The notes: a model not told the origin generated them from the letters alone. A stretch of 64,000 nucleotides of DNA from Eledone cirrhosa (GCA_964016885.1 OZ024763.1:2046001-2110000), one strand, 5' to 3'. Numbered from the stretch's first letter, positions 1 to 12,852 are shown. Made by a program: numbers and translations.

Positions 1-208
1 GTTAAATGATGATGATGATAGAAATATCTAATGATGAGGTAAAGTGACATGTGATTAATTATAAGAGGTGAATGTCAGAGAACTGTGGGTGGGGCACTCA
101 TTAGAATCATCCTATCCTGTACTACCCCCAGTCGTCTAGTGGGACACCCCATAAAAAAAACAAAAAGATAATTAGAATCAGTCAGCTGAAAAGAATTTGA
201 CACATTGA

Positions 209-3200
209 TTAAACCTTTAATTACCAACCCCAGCCAAAACCAGCTCTGGTTCTATGAAATAAAACCATCCATTGTAACCCTTTAGTTACCAACCCCAGCC
301 AAAACCAGCTGTGGTTCTATGAAATAAAACCATCCATTTTAACCCTTTAGTTACCAACCCCAGCCAAAACCAGCTCTGGTTCTATGAAATAAAACCATCC
401 ATTGTAACCCTTTAATTACCAACCCCAGCCAAAACCAGCTCTGGTTCTATGAAATAAAACCACCTATTTTAACCCTTTAGTTACCAACCCCAGCCAAAAC
501 CAGCTCTGGTTCTATGAAATAAAACCATCCATTTTAACCCTTTAGTTACCAACCCCAGCCAAAACCAGCTCTGGTTCTATGAAATAAAACCATCCATTTT
601 AACCCTTTAGTTACCAACCCCAGCCAAAACCAGCTCTGGTTCTATGAAATAAAACCACCTATTTTAACCCTTTAGTTACCAACCCCAGCCAAAACCAGCT
701 CTGGTTCTATGAAATAAAACCATCCATTTTAACCCTTTAGTTACCAACCCCAGCCAAAGCCAGCTCTGGTTCTATGAAATAAAACCATCCATTTTAACCC
801 TTTAGTTACCAACCCCAGCCAAAGCCAGCTCTGGTTCTATGAAATAAAACCATCCATTTTAACCCTTTAGTTACCAACCCCAGCCAAAACCAGCTCTGGT
901 TCTATGAAATAAAACCATCCATTTTAACCCTTTAGTTACCAACCCCAGCCAAAACCAGCTCTGGTTCTATGAAATAAAACCATCCATTTTAACCCTTTAG
1001 TTACCAACCCCAGCCAAAACCAGCTCTGGTTCTATGAAATAAAACCATCCATTTTAACCCTTTAGTTACCAACCCCAGCCAAAACCAGCTCTGGTTCTAT
1101 GAAATAAAACCATCCATTTTAACCCTTTAGTTACCAACCCCAGCCAAAACCAGCTCTGGTTCTATGAAATAAAACCACCTATTTTAACCCTTTAGTTACC
1201 AACCCCAGCCAAAACCAGCTCTGGTTCTCTGAAATAAAACCATCCATTTTAACCCTTTAGTTACCAACCCTAGCCAAAACCAGCTCTGGTTCTATGAAAT
1301 AAAACCATCCATTGTAACCCTTTAATTACCAACCCCAGCCAAAACCAGCTCTGGTTCTATGAAATAAAACCATCCATTGTAACCCTTTAGTTACCAACCC
1401 CAGCCAAAACCAGCTCTGGTTCTATGAAATAAAACCATCCATTTTAACCCTTTAGTTACCAACCCCAGCCAAAACCAGCTCTGGTTCTATGAAATAAAAC
1501 CACCTATTTTAACCCTTTAGTTACCAACCCCAGCCAAAACCAGCTCTGGTTCTCTGAAATAAAACCACCTATTTTAACCCTTTAATTACCAACCCCAGCC
1601 AAAACCAGCTCTGGTTCTATGAAATAAAACCACCTATTTTAACCCTTTAATTACCAACCCCAGCCAAAACCAGCTCTGGTTCTATGAAATAAAACCACCT
1701 ATTTTAACCCTTTAATTACCAACCCCAGCCAAAACCAGCTCTGGTTCTATGAAATAAAACCACCTATTTTAACCCTTTAATTACCAACCCCAGCCAAAAC
1801 CAGCTCTGGTTCTATGAAATAAAACCACCTATTTTAACCCTTTAATTACCAACCCCAGCCAAAACCAGCTCTGGTTCTATGAAATAAAACCACCTATTTT
1901 AACCCTTTAATTACCAACCCCAGCCAAAACCAGCTCTGGTTCTATGAAATAAAACCACCTATTTTAACCCTTTAATTACCAACCCCAGCCAAAACCAGCT
2001 CTGGTTCTATGAAATAAAACCATCCATTGTAACCCTTTAGTTACCAACCCCAGCCAAAGCCAGCTCTGGTTCTATGAAATAAAACCACCTATTTTAACCC
2101 TTTAATTACCAACCCCAGCCAAAACCAGCTCTGGTTCTATGAAATAAAACCACCTATTTTAACCCTTTAATTACCAACCCCAGCCAAAACCAGCTCTGGT
2201 TCTATGAAATAAAACCACCTATTTTAACCCTTTAATTACCAACCCCAGCCAAAACCAGCTCTGGTTCTATGAAATAAAACCATCCATTGTAACCCTTTAG
2301 TTACCAACCCCAGCCAAAGCCAGCTCTGGTTCTATGAAATAAAACCACCTATTTTAACCCTTTAATTACCAACCCCAGCCAAAACCAGCTCTGGTTCTAT
2401 GAAATAAAACCACCTATTTTAACCCTTTAATTACCAACCCCAGCCAAAACCAGCTCTGGTTCTATGAAATAAAACCACCTATTTTAACCCTTTAATTACC
2501 AACCCCAGCCAAAACCAGCTCTGGTTCTATGAAATAAAACCACCTATTTTAACCCTTTAATTACCAACCCCAGCCAAAACCAGCTCTGGTTCTATGAAAT
2601 AAAACCATCCATTGTAACCCTTTAGTTACCAACCCCAGCCAAAGCCAGCTCTGGTTCTATGAAATAAAACCACCTATTTTAACCCTTTAATTACCAAAAC
2701 CAGCTCTGGTTCTATGAAATAAAACCACCTATTTTAACCCTTTAATTACCAACCCCAGCCAAAACCAGCTCTGGTTCTATGAAATAAAACCACCTATTTT
2801 AACCCTTTAATTACCAACCCCAGCCAAAACCAGCTCTGGTTCTATGAAATAAAACCATCCATTGTAACCCTTTAGTTACCAACCCCAGCCAAAGCCAGCT
2901 CTGGTTCTATGAAATAAAACCACCTATTTTAACCCTTTAATTACCAAAACCAGCTCTGGTTCTATGAAATAAAACCACCTATTTTAACCCTTTAATTACC
3001 AACCCCAGCCAAAACCAGCTCTGGTTCTATGAAATAAAACCACCTATTTTAACCCTTTAATTACCAACCCCAGCCAAAACCAGCTCTGGTTCTATGAAAT
3101 AAAACCACCTATTTTAACCCTTTAATTACCAACCCCAGCCAAAACCAGCTCTGGTTCTATGAAATAAAACCATCCATTGTAACCCTTTAGTTACCAACCC

Positions 3201-3440
3201 CAGCCAAAGCCAGCTCTGGTTCTATGAAATAAAACCACCCATTGTAAACCTTTAGTTACCAACCCAGCCAAACCCAGCTCTGGTTTTATGAAATAAAACC
3301 ACCCATTGTAAACCTTTAGTTACCAACCCAGCCAAACCCAGCTCTGGTTCTATGAAATAAAACCACCCATTGTAAACCTTTAGTTACCAACCCTAGCCAA
3401 ACCCAGCTCTGGTTCTATGAAATAAAACCACCAATTTTAA
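209..3440 (+). repeat. 65-bp tandem satellite (~50 copies) built from the left end of a piggyBac-like MITE
   Basis: Unit TTAACCCTTTAGTTACCAACCCCAGCCAAAACCAGCTCTGGTTCTATGAAATAAAACCATCCATT. The period of 65 is read from AACCCTTTAG at 601, 666 and 731. Confidence 0.95.
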
Positions 3441-3772
3441 AGGTTTCCAATTTAAATTAAAATCTTCCACTATAATTTTATGTAAGAACTTTACATTAAG
3501 TTTCTATCTTAGTAATGAAATAAGTAATAATTTTATTAAATTCCTAAAAATTCTTCATTAATTCATTGGAATACAGGGTTCCTATTTAAATTGGAATACA
3601 GTGTTCCTATTTAAATTAAAAATCTTCCAACATAATTTTATAGAAGAACCATATATTAAGTTACTATCTTAGTAATGAAATAATTAATTATTTTAGTAAA
3701 TCTCATCAAATTCTTCATTAATTAATTGAAATGGAATGTATTTCATTAGAAATATAGTTGTGAAAGGGTTAA
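209..3772 (+). mobile_element. piggyBac-like non-autonomous element (family M1) with an amplified left end
   Basis: Termini are TTAA-CCCTTT ... AAAGGG-TTAA (right end 3763-3772). An unamplified homolog lies in reverse orientation at 54873-55116. Confidence 0.7.
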
Positions 3773-3887
3773 ATATACAGCTTAGTATTGTAGGACGATG
3801 GGTAGTTTGGTATCAAAAGGTTTAGCTGACTTTTGGGACATAACTTAAAGGTTCTTACATAATATCCTGATGGAAGGATTTTAGATA

Positions 3888-4180
3888 AATAATGAAATAA
3901 GTAATAATTTTAGTAAATAACTCAAAATTCTTCATTAATTAATTGAAATAGGCGGTGGATTTGGCAGTATTGGTAGAGTGTTGGATGCCATGCTTACGGC
4001 CCTTGCCATTCTGATTTCAAATCTCGCCGAGGTTAACTTTGCCTTTCATCCTTACGGGATCGATAAAATAAAGTACCAGTAATACACTGGGTAATTGCTG
4101 GCCTTGTGCCTAACGTAGAAACAATTAATTAATTGAAATAGGGTGTATTTTTTTTAGAAATATTGTCATGAAAGGGTTAA
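3888..4180 (+). mobile_element. Second right-end fragment of MITE M1, interrupted by a SINE
   Basis: Repeats the sequence of 3670-3772 and ends in GAAAGGGTTAA at 4170-4180. Confidence 0.6.
3951..4125 (+). mobile_element. tRNA-derived SINE family B with target-site duplication
   Basis: Has a TGGCAGTATTGG A-box-like motif, a GATTTCAAATC B-box-like motif and the body GCCTTTCATCCTTACGGGATCGATAAAATAAAGTACCAG. ATTAATTAATTGAAATAGG is duplicated at 3934-3952 and 4124-4142. Confidence 0.85.
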
Positions 4181-4675
4181 AAAAACTGAGATTTTCTTGA
4201 AGGCAAAGATTTCATTTTAAACCTACAAGAAAACATTTTTTCCTTTCTTCCTTACATTACTTTAGTCTTTTTCTCTCCTGGGTTTTATTCCAAAGTCAAG
4301 AATTCTTACCTTAATGTCCAATATTTTTACCTGAAACATCAATGGAGCAAAGAAAATACATTTATCAGATACATTTATCAGATATTGTAGCATCTGGTTA
4401 TAGAATTTGGTGCGGTTGGGGATTTTAATTTATATATATATATATTTATTGGTTTATATGTTTCTCACATCTGCTTATTTCACTGCCGTGAGTCACAAAA
4501 ATTTATCAATAAAGATATTTGTTATTATTTTTTCGTTATTTTTATATGTATCATTATAAATTGGAGAATATTTCCAAGATGACAAATATTTGAAAGATCG
4601 GCTATAAAATTGCTTACATCTGATTCTCCTCTACCAGATATCGTATAGAGTCATGTACGCTCTCATGTTTATGCA

Positions 4676-4943
4676 ATGATATATGTATATATAGTATATA
4701 TAATATATATACACATTTGTGTGTGTATATATATATGTATATATATATATATATTTTTGTGTGTGTATTTATATATATTTGTGTGTGTGTGTGTATATAT
4801 ATATACCTATATTTGTGTGTGTGTGTGTAATATATATATATATATATATGTAACATATATATATATATATATATATACATACATATATAAACATATATAT
4901 ATACATATATATATAAACATATATATACATACATTTATAAACA

Positions 4944-4993
<50 letters not shown>

Positions 4994-5048
4994 CATATAT
5001 ACACACACAAATATATATATATATATACATACACATATACACACACAA

Positions 5049-5093
<45 letters not shown>

Positions 5094-5180
5094 CACATAC
5101 ACATACACACACATATATATATATATACATACACATATATATATATATATTACACACACACAAATATATATATATATATA
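4676..5180. repeat. (TA)n/(CA)n/(TG)n compound microsatellite
   Basis: Direct inspection. Confidence 0.95.
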
Positions 5181-5324
5181 AAAAATGATTTGAAATATAT
5201 AAGAGAAGATATCCACGTATAAATCAGAAACTGTTGATATTACTTATTACACATCTCTCTCCGTTTTATGAATTCCCCCCTGTGCTGGCAGACCATTTTA
5301 TGGCTGTATATATATACAGCCATA

Positions 5325-6695
5325 TGATGATGATGATGAAAACCTGTACGAACGAGACACGGTCACCCGACCAATTTTGTCTCGAGTGGGACAAAACCGT
5401 CCAACCCATGCTAGCGTGGAAGATGGACGTTAAACGATGATGATGATGATGAAAACCTGTACGAACGAGACACGGTCACCCGACCAATTTTGTCTCGAGT
5501 GGGACAAAACAGTCCAACCCATGCTAGCGTGGAAGATGGACGTTAAACGATGATGATGATGATGAAAACCTGTACGAACGAGACACGGTCACCCGACCAA
5601 TTTTGCCTCGAGTGGGACAAAACCGTCCAACCCATGCTAGCGTGGAAGATGGACGTTAAACGATGATGATGATGATGAAAACCTGTACGAACGAGACACG
5701 GTCACCCGACCAGTCTTGCCTCGAGTGGGACAAAACCGTCCAACCCATGCTAGCGTGGAAGATGGACGTTAAACGATGATGATGATGATGAAAACCTGTA
5801 CGAACGAGACACGGTCACCCGACCAATTTTGTCTCAAGTGGGACAAAACAGTCCAACCCATGCTAGCGTGGAAGATGGACGTTAAACGATGATGATGATG
5901 ATGAAAACCTGTACGAACGAGACACGGTCACCCGACCAATTTTGTCTCGAGTGGGACAAAACAGTCCAACCCATGCTAGCGTGGAAGATGGACGTTAAAC
6001 GATGATGATGATGATGAAAACCTGTATGAACGAGACACGGTCACCCGACCAATTTTGTCTCGAGTGGGACAAAACCGTCCAACCCATGCTAGCGTGGAAG
6101 ATGGACGTTAAACGATGATGATGATGATGAAAACCTGTACGAACGAGACACGGTCACCCGACCAATTTTGCCTCGAGTGGGACAAAACAGTCCAACCCAT
6201 GCTAGCGTGGAAGATGGACGTTAAACGATGATGATGATGATGAAAACCTGTACGAACGAGACACGGTCACCCGACCAATCTTGCCTCGAGTGGGACAAAA
6301 CCGTCCAACCCATGCTAGCGTGGAAGATGGACGTTAAACGATGATGATGATGATGAAAACCTGTACGAACGAGACACGGTCACCCGACCAATCTTGCCTC
6401 GAGTGGGACAAAACCGTCCAACCCATGCTAGCGTGGAAGATGGACGTTAAACGATGATGATGATGATGAAAACCTGTACGAACGAGACACGGTCACCCGA
6501 CCAATTTTGTCTCGAGTGGGACAAAACCGTCCAACCCATGCTAGCGTGGAAGATGGACGTTAAACGATGATGATGATGATGAAAACCTGTACGAACGAGA
6601 CACGGTCACCCGACCAATCTTGCCTCGAGTGGGACAAAACCGTCCAACCCATCCTAGCGTGGAAGATGGACGTTAAACGATGATGATGATGATTA
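5325..6695 (+). repeat. 113-bp tandem array (12 copies) derived from an RTE-type SINE 3' end including the (GAT)n tail
   Basis: GAAAACCTGT occurs at 5338, 5451 and 5564. The unit ends CCCATGCTAGCGTGGAAGATGGACGTTAAAC(GAT)n. A dispersed single copy lies at 17045-17221. Confidence 0.92.
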
Positions 6696-6722
6696 TGATC
6701 TCAAGTAATTATCTTTTGTTTT

Positions 6723-6903
6723 GGGGTAGTAGTGGTAGAGGGGCGGACAACATGCCTTGCAGCACAGAGTTACTCCCCTTTCTGATCTGAGTTCAAATCC
6801 TGCCGAGGTTAACTTTGCCTTTCATCCTTACAGGGGTTGATAAAATAAAGTACCAGTAATGCACTGGAATAATTGCTGGCCTTGTGCCAAAAGTAGAAAC
6901 AAT
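6723..6903 (+). mobile_element. SINE family B copy
   Basis: GAGTTCAAATC B-box, with the same body and GCTGGCCTTGTGCCAAAAGTAGAAAC tail as 3951-4125. Confidence 0.85.
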
Positions 6904-6916
6904 TATATATATATGT

Positions 6917-7273
6917 GGAGGCACGTGGCTTAGTGGTTAGAGCATTGGCCTTGCAATCGAAAGGTTGTGAGTTCAATTCTCAGACCAGGTGATGTGTTAT
7001 TTCCTTGAGCAAGACACTTTATTTCACATTGCTCCAGTTTACTCAGCTGTAGAAATGAGATGATAGGGACTGGGGTTCCTATCATTCCACTGTAAAGTGG
7101 TTGTGGAGGTGCCACGGCAAAAAAGCACCCAGCACTCACTGTAAATGAGGTTGGTGTTAGGAAGGGCATCCAGCTGTAGAAATCAAGCCAGAATCAGTTC
7201 CCGTCCCACCCTTGCAAGCAGGGAAAAGCGGACATAAAATGAAATGATGATGATGATGATGATGATCATGATG
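6917..7273 (+). mobile_element. Full-length CORE-type SINE (family A): tRNA head, CORE-like domain and RTE-derived 3' end
   Basis: A-box TGGCTTAGTGG at 6926-6936 and B-box GAGTTCAATTC at 6969-6979. CCTTGAGCAAGACAC...CAGTTTACTCAGCTGTAGAAATG resembles the MIR/CORE domain. The tail matches the RTE LINE end at 19069-19122 and ends in (GAT)n. Confidence 0.85.
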
Positions 7274-7280
7274 ATATATG

Positions 7281-7582
7281 TAAAAGTTCTATTTAAATTG
7301 TTGGGATACAACAAGCAAATATTTTTATAACTGATATAAAGCACTCAACAAGTATTTGGAGTAAAAATACTATATTAACAAATGGGAGCTTATTGACTAT
7401 CTGGGCGCTTCCAACAGCAATGGTTGCATTCTTTAAGGGTATGTCAATATTTATTTATAAAACTGATCTATATTATATTTTACCTGATGAGAGCACACCA
7501 TAATTTAACTTGGTGTCCTTGAAATATGTATAATGAAATAAATATGGTTTTATAAATATAGTTTTGATTTGTTAATATAGTA
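7281..7582 (+). mobile_element. Penelope-like terminal module (family P1): inverted 3' tail joined to an HHR-bearing segment
   Basis: Homologous to 13540-13720, 19440-19851, 44690-45040 and 47745-47980. Flanked by (TA)n. Confidence 0.6.
7476..7540 (+). ncRNA. Hammerhead ribozyme motif (P1), one stem I mismatch
   Basis: TATTTTAC-CTGATGA-GAGCACACCA..TGGTGTCCTT-GAAA-TATGTA-TA-ATGAAATA. Confidence 0.6.
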
Positions 7583-7864
7583 TATATATATATATATATA
7601 TATAACATTTCTGAGATAGATCTCTTACTTAGGGATGCTAGCATGGAAAATGGACATTAAACAATGATGGCAATGATGGCGATGAAGTGCATATATAAAT
7701 ATATATATATATATTTATTGTCTCTTACAATACAAACACGTTTTGTGTTTATCATATATATTAATATATAACTTGTATTTCACTGCTCAGAAATGCCTCT
7801 TTCTTTGAGCTGATTAATTGTAAATGACTATGAGTTTAATCTCTAAATATAATATAGTATATAT

Positions 7865-8135
7865 ATCTATCTATCTAAGGCGGGTAAAATTCCCGAGATC
7901 CATGGACGAGTTCTCTCCAGCGGTCTCTGTCCCTCATTATCGCTGCCATATCCTGCATTTCCAACAGACCAGTGTCTGTCCTTAGGGCATCAACATATGT
8001 TAACCTTGGTCTTCCTCTTCTAGTGTGTCCATGTAGGGGCTCCCAAAGGAGCACTGAGTGCAATGTCAACTCTGGATGTCGATGAGCATGTCCAGCCAAC
8101 CTCAGTCTCCTCTGTGTCACTTTTGAGCTGACTTT
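7865..8135 (-). mobile_element. RTE-clade LINE 3' fragment (ORF2 C-terminus)
   Basis: Translation RRLRLAGHAHRH...LLWEP..G.RRGRPRLTYVD...MRDRDRWR is the typical RTE C-terminal motif. A short (TAGA)n tail follows the stop codon. Confidence 0.85.
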
Positions 8136-8228
8136 TATATATACACACACCGTATCTCCTGGCCCCGAAGATGCTTCGTCCTCGAGGACAGACCCTAATT
8201 TTGCCTACCAAAAATTTGAAAAAAAATA

Positions 8229-8665
8229 ATTGTTTCTACTTTTGGCACAAGGCCAGCAATTTTGGGCAAGGGGAAAGTCGATTAAATCGACCCCAGTGTG
8301 TTACTGGTGCTTTATTTTATCGACCCCCCGTAAGGATGAAAGGCAAAGTTAACCTCGGCGGGATTTGAACCCAGAACGTAAAGGGCCGTAACTCTATGCT
8401 GCAAAGCACGGTGTCCAACCCTCTACCGATACTGCCAATCCCCCCAAAAATAATGGTTTCTGATTTAGGCACAAGGCCAGCAATTTTGGGCAAGGGGAAA
8501 GTCGATTAAATCGACCCCAGTGCGTTACTGGTGCTTTATTTTATCGACACCCGTAAGGATGAAAGGCAAAGTTAACCTCAGCGGGATTTGAACTCAAACC
8601 ATAAAGGGCCGTAACTCTTTGCTACAAAGCACGGTGTCCAATCCTCTACCGATATTGCAAATCCC
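8229..8665 (-). mobile_element. Two head-to-tail SINE family B copies (8229-8445 and 8455-8665)
   Basis: Reverse complement of the family B body twice. These copies carry an extra GGGGTCGATTTAATCGACTTTCCC segment. Confidence 0.85.
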
Positions 8666-9105
8666 TAAAAAAATACTAAACAACCTTCGGCTTCCAGGAC
8701 GAATGGTAGATTTTTTTAGACTTATTTTAGTAAAACAGTAGTGTCTTTGACACCGGGAAATATGGTAGATATATCTGTGTATGCAGAAGCTATCAATTCA
8801 GAACCTTTCTCTGTCTCTTACATAAAGTTTGAGTTATTTAAAATACTTAGAAATGTTTAGAAATGTTGTCCACCTCTGCCAATCAATACTGACATATCTG
8901 TTATTGTTATTCAGAGAAAAAAACAACTCGACAACAAAAGAAATTAATGATTTATCGGAATAAATGTTTTATATAGAGAAATCCTGTCTATAGAAATTTC
9001 TTTAAATATCTACCCCGGTGGTGTTATTGGCTTCGATATCTTTTTTGTATCAACTGACATACATACACACATATATGTATGTATGTATGTATGTATGTGT
9101 ATATA

Positions 9106-9152
<47 letters not shown>

Positions 9153-9228
9153 ATTTATATATATATATATTGATTGATTGATCATAAATATATATGTATA
9201 AACGTAAAAACATAAGTATGTTTGTGTG

Positions 9229-9289
<61 letters not shown>

Positions 9290-9311
9290 TGATTGATCAT
9301 AAATATATATG

Positions 9312-9353
<42 letters not shown>

Positions 9354-9447
9354 AACATACTTATGTTTTTATGTTTATATATACTAAAATAAATTGACTA
9401 TATACATGTATGTGTGGCTATATATAATCTATGTATCTTTGTGTATG

Positions 9448-9478
<31 letters not shown>

Positions 9479-9510
9479 GTGCGTATATGTATATATATAT
9501 ATATATATAT

Positions 9511-9660
9511 ACGTTATTCCGGGTTGAATCGGAGGTAACCACAGTAAGTAAGATACTCAATACATTGCAGAGTATAAAAGTTTTAATATAGATGAGATTC
9601 TACATGATAATTCCTGATGATTTCTAAAGAATGAAACAGTTCTAGTCCTGTAGAATCTCA

Positions 9661-9666
<6 letters not shown>
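9511..9666. mobile_element. Penelope-like terminal module (family P2) in (TA)n with an 18-bp inverted repeat
   Basis: TATAGATGAGATTCTACA ... TGTAGAATCTCATCTATA. Homologous to 16224-16417. Confidence 0.6.
9610..9656 (+). ncRNA. Hammerhead ribozyme motif (P2)
   Basis: ATTC-CTGATGA-TTTC(TAAA)GAAT-GAAA-CAG(ttctagtc)CTG-TA-GAAT, with a GUA cleavage triplet. Confidence 0.65.
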
Positions 9667-9705
<39 letters not shown>

Positions 9706-9835
9706 CGGCGATGAATTAGTTTTTCGAGGTTTTTTATATGAAATCGTGTGTCGAAACAAATATTGTTATACTTGGGGAGGGTCATATTTGTGTAATATTG
9801 CCAGAATTAATAACAGAACACACTCACTGTTTGGT

Positions 9836-10444
9836 TATATATATGTATATGTATATATGTGCGTATATGTATGTATGTATATACACACATATATGTATAT
9901 GTATGTCTATATATGTATGTATATGTGTGTGTATGTATGTATGTGTATATATATGTGTATGTATGTGTATATATATATGTATGTGTATGTATGTGTATAT
10001 ATATATATATGTATGTATGTGTATATATATGTGTATGTATGTATATATATATGTATGTGTAGGAATGTGTACTGTATATATATGTATGTGTATGTATGTG
10101 TGTATATATATATATATGTATGTGTATATATATGTGTATGTATGTGTATATATATGTATGTATGTGTATATATGTATGTGTATGTATGTGTATATATGTA
10201 TGTGTATGTATGTGTATATATATATATATGTATGTATTTGTATATATAAATGTATGTGTATGAATGTGTATATATATATGTATGTGTATGTATGTATATA
10301 TGTGTATGTATGTGTATATATATATGTATGTGTATGTATGTGTATATATATATATATGTGTATGTATGTGTATATATAAATGTATGTGTATGAATATATA
10401 TATATATATATGTGTATGTATGTGTATATATAAATGTATGTGTA

Positions 10445-10497
<53 letters not shown>

Positions 10498-10500
10498 ACA
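9836..10500. repeat. TA/TG compound microsatellite
   Basis: Direct inspection. Confidence 0.95.
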
Positions 10501-11109
10501 GTCACATATCCACATATACCCCAGCTGAACAACAGGTGGTACGGCATGGTGTAAAAAGCTTAGTTAGTTGTTTGGTGTAGTAGTTAGTCAGTTAGTGAAA
10601 CTTATTATGAAACACAAGTCACTCAGTCACCTCTGTCTGTTAGTCAGTACACAGTGACAATGTTACACTGTAAATATCTTGGTGACAATTTAGCAGAACC
10701 CTTTTGTGATGTGAACATAGTTTCTATTGATGTGACGGCCAGCATTGTTTAGGTTTGAAAAGGGAGAGAAAGGGGCTTCGGAAAAATGCAAAAGTTTGGT
10801 TTGTGGAAGAATGGAGAAAGATTTTGGATGAAAAATACAACATAAGTACTACATTTGTATAATTGTAAAAGGACTTTGGAAAAAGTGACTGTATGTTTAA
10901 GAAAGAAGAGAGACTTTGGAAAAATTCAAAAATATGGTATGCATAAGAAAACAGAGATTTTAGGTGAAAAAACAACAACATAAGAACTATTTTTGTATAA
11001 AAGAAAAAGGACTTTGGAAAAAAGTATTGTATGTTTAAGAAAAGGGAGACACTTTGTAGGAAAAAAACACACACACAAAAAAAAACTGTTACATAAATAC
11101 TGAAATGAG

Positions 11110-11772
11110 TGAGAGACTTTGGAATAATATATAAGTACTGTATGTCTAAGGAAGAAGAGAGACTTGGAATAATATAGAAGTACTGTCTAAGAAAGGAGAG
11201 AGACTTTGGAATAATATAGAAGTACTGTATGTCTAAGGAAGGAGAGAGACTTGGAATAATATAGAAGTACTGTCTATCTAAGAAAGGAGAGAGACTTTGG
11301 AATAATATAGAAGTACTGTCTAAGAAAGGAGAAAGACTTGGAATAATATAGAAGTACTGTCTAAGAAAGGAGAGAGACTTTGGAATAATATAGAAGTACT
11401 GTCTAAGAAAGGAGAAAGACTTGGAATAATATAGAAGTACTGTCTAAGAAAGGAGAGAGACTTTGGAATAATATAGAAGTACTGTATGTCTAAGAAAGGA
11501 GAGAGACTTTGGAATAATATAGAAGTACTGTATGTCTAAGAAAGGAGAAAGACTTTGGAATAATATAGAAGTACTGTCTAAGAAAGGAGAGAGACTTTGG
11601 AATAATATAGAAGTACTGTATGTCTAAGAAAGGAGAGAGACTTTGGAATAATATAGAAGTACTGTCTAAGAAAGGAGATAGACTTGGAATAATATAGAAG
11701 TACTATCTAAGAAAGGAGAGAGACTTTGGAATAAGATGTAAGTACTGTCTAAAAAAGGAGAGACTTTGGAAA
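11110..11772 (+). repeat. 41-46 bp minisatellite (~15 copies), with diverged units upstream at 10760-11070
   Basis: Unit GAGAGACTTTGGAATAATATAGAAGTACTGT(ATGT)CTAAGAAAGGA. Confidence 0.9.
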
Positions 11773-11818
11773 ATTCCACCAGTATTGTATGTCTAAGAAA
11801 GTTGGAAGAGAACTTGCT

Positions 11819-11992
11819 ATATATACTCAAATATAAGCTGAGGAATATGTGATAAAAAAAAATTGTTGGCTTATGTTTGGAGTCAATATTTTGACGATTT
11901 TCACCAACTTCAAATTCTATCTAAATAAGTTTTGGAATTTTGCCCAATTCCCAGACTTAATATTGTGGGATCAACTTATATTCGAGCATATA
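11819..11992. mobile_element. pogo/Tigger-like MITE
   Basis: Terminal inverted repeats TATACTCAAATATAAGCTGA / TCAACTTATATTCGAGCATA. A homolog lies at 54609-54799. Confidence 0.6.
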
Positions 11993-12020
11993 TATATATA
12001 TATATATAATATAGAAAGCC

Positions 12021-12065
12021 TTCTACAGGACTAGAACTGTTTCATTCGGGAGAAATCATCAGTAA
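12021..12065 (-). ncRNA. Hammerhead motif (P2) with degenerate stem I
   Basis: Minus strand reads TTA-CTGATGA-TTTC(TCCC)GAAT-GAAA-CAG..CTG-TA-GAA. Confidence 0.5.
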
Positions 12066-12077
12066 TCTATATCAAAA

Positions 12078-12264
12078 ATGGCTAGAGGAAGGACAACAAT
12101 GGAATCAACACAGAGTACGTGGAAACGTTGGCTGTTTGGCTACTTCTGCTGTGTCTCAAACTGCCGGAAAGTTCTTAATAAATGGAGTATATTTAACAGT
12201 GATGATAGCTTTGATTACAGCCTCACATACTGGGGCTCAACTATGTCTATATCTATGTTGACAG
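12078..12264 (+). CDS. Candidate first coding exon (MARGRTTMESTQSTWKRWLFGYFCC...SMLT)
   Basis: CAAAAATGG start context, 62 open codons of non-repetitive sequence and a CAG|GTAAAC donor. The phase-1 end is compatible with the phase-1 LIM exon at 39023. No homology is recognised. Confidence 0.4.
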
Positions 12265-12271
12265 GTAAACC

Positions 12272-12314
<43 letters not shown>

Positions 12315-12316
<2 letters not shown>

Positions 12317-12568
12317 CTTGAATCTCAGTCATTGATGTTGGTTAACTGGAAAGTCCGTTGGAATGAATATCAAGCCACTACATGCAGCCTCAGATATTCA
12401 GGACGTTTCGGAGGGTTCTTGCTGTTCCCAGCAAGCATGCCTTTTGAAGCGTTCCAAAAAGCGTGAAGGGGCCGATTTTCTTTAACCATCCCTGGAAACT
12501 TTGGGAGATAGTCCCCAGTGCGCCTATGACAATCGGGATCACTTTGACTTCATGGCAGTTCCAAATCC
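12315..12568 (-). mobile_element. R4/Dong-like non-LTR retrotransposon 3' fragment (REL endonuclease C-terminus)
   Basis: Translation IW...VKVIPIVIGALGTI...LQKACLLGTARTLRNVL*. Flanked on both sides by (TTA)n at 12272-12314 and 12569-12585. Confidence 0.8.
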
Positions 12569-12584
12569 TTATTATTATTATTAT

Positions 12585-12765
12585 TGGCAGTATCGGTAGA
12601 GGGTCGGACACTATGCTTTGATGCATAGAGTTATGGCCCTTGCCATTCTGAGTTCAAATCCCACCGAGGTTAACTTTGCCTTTCATCCTTATGGGGTCGA
12701 TAAAATGAGGTACCAGTAATGCACTGGGATAATTGCTGGCCTTGTGCCAAAAGCAGAAAACAATT
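12585..12765 (+). mobile_element. SINE family B copy
   Basis: TGGCAGTATCGG ... GAGTTCAAATC followed by the family B body and tail. Confidence 0.85.
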
Positions 12766-12852
12766 ATTATTAGTATTATTTATTTATAAAATTTTATTTC
12801 AAAATACTAATAAATTCCTAGGATAAAATTACATAAAAAATAAAAAAAGGAT

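Noticed and set aside
209-6695. CRISPR-like appearance of the regular arrays
   Set aside because: Units are repeated in full with no unique spacers, there are no cas genes, and the context is eukaryotic.
6917-6990. tRNA gene
   Set aside because: A and B boxes are present, but the sequence continues into CORE and LINE-derived tail and is dispersed in multiple copies. It is a SINE head.
6930-7169. Recurrent 79-aa [20 protein letters not shown]... (also 13965 and 28473)
   Set aside because: It is an antisense reading of SINE family A. The recurrence reflects repeat copies, not a gene family.
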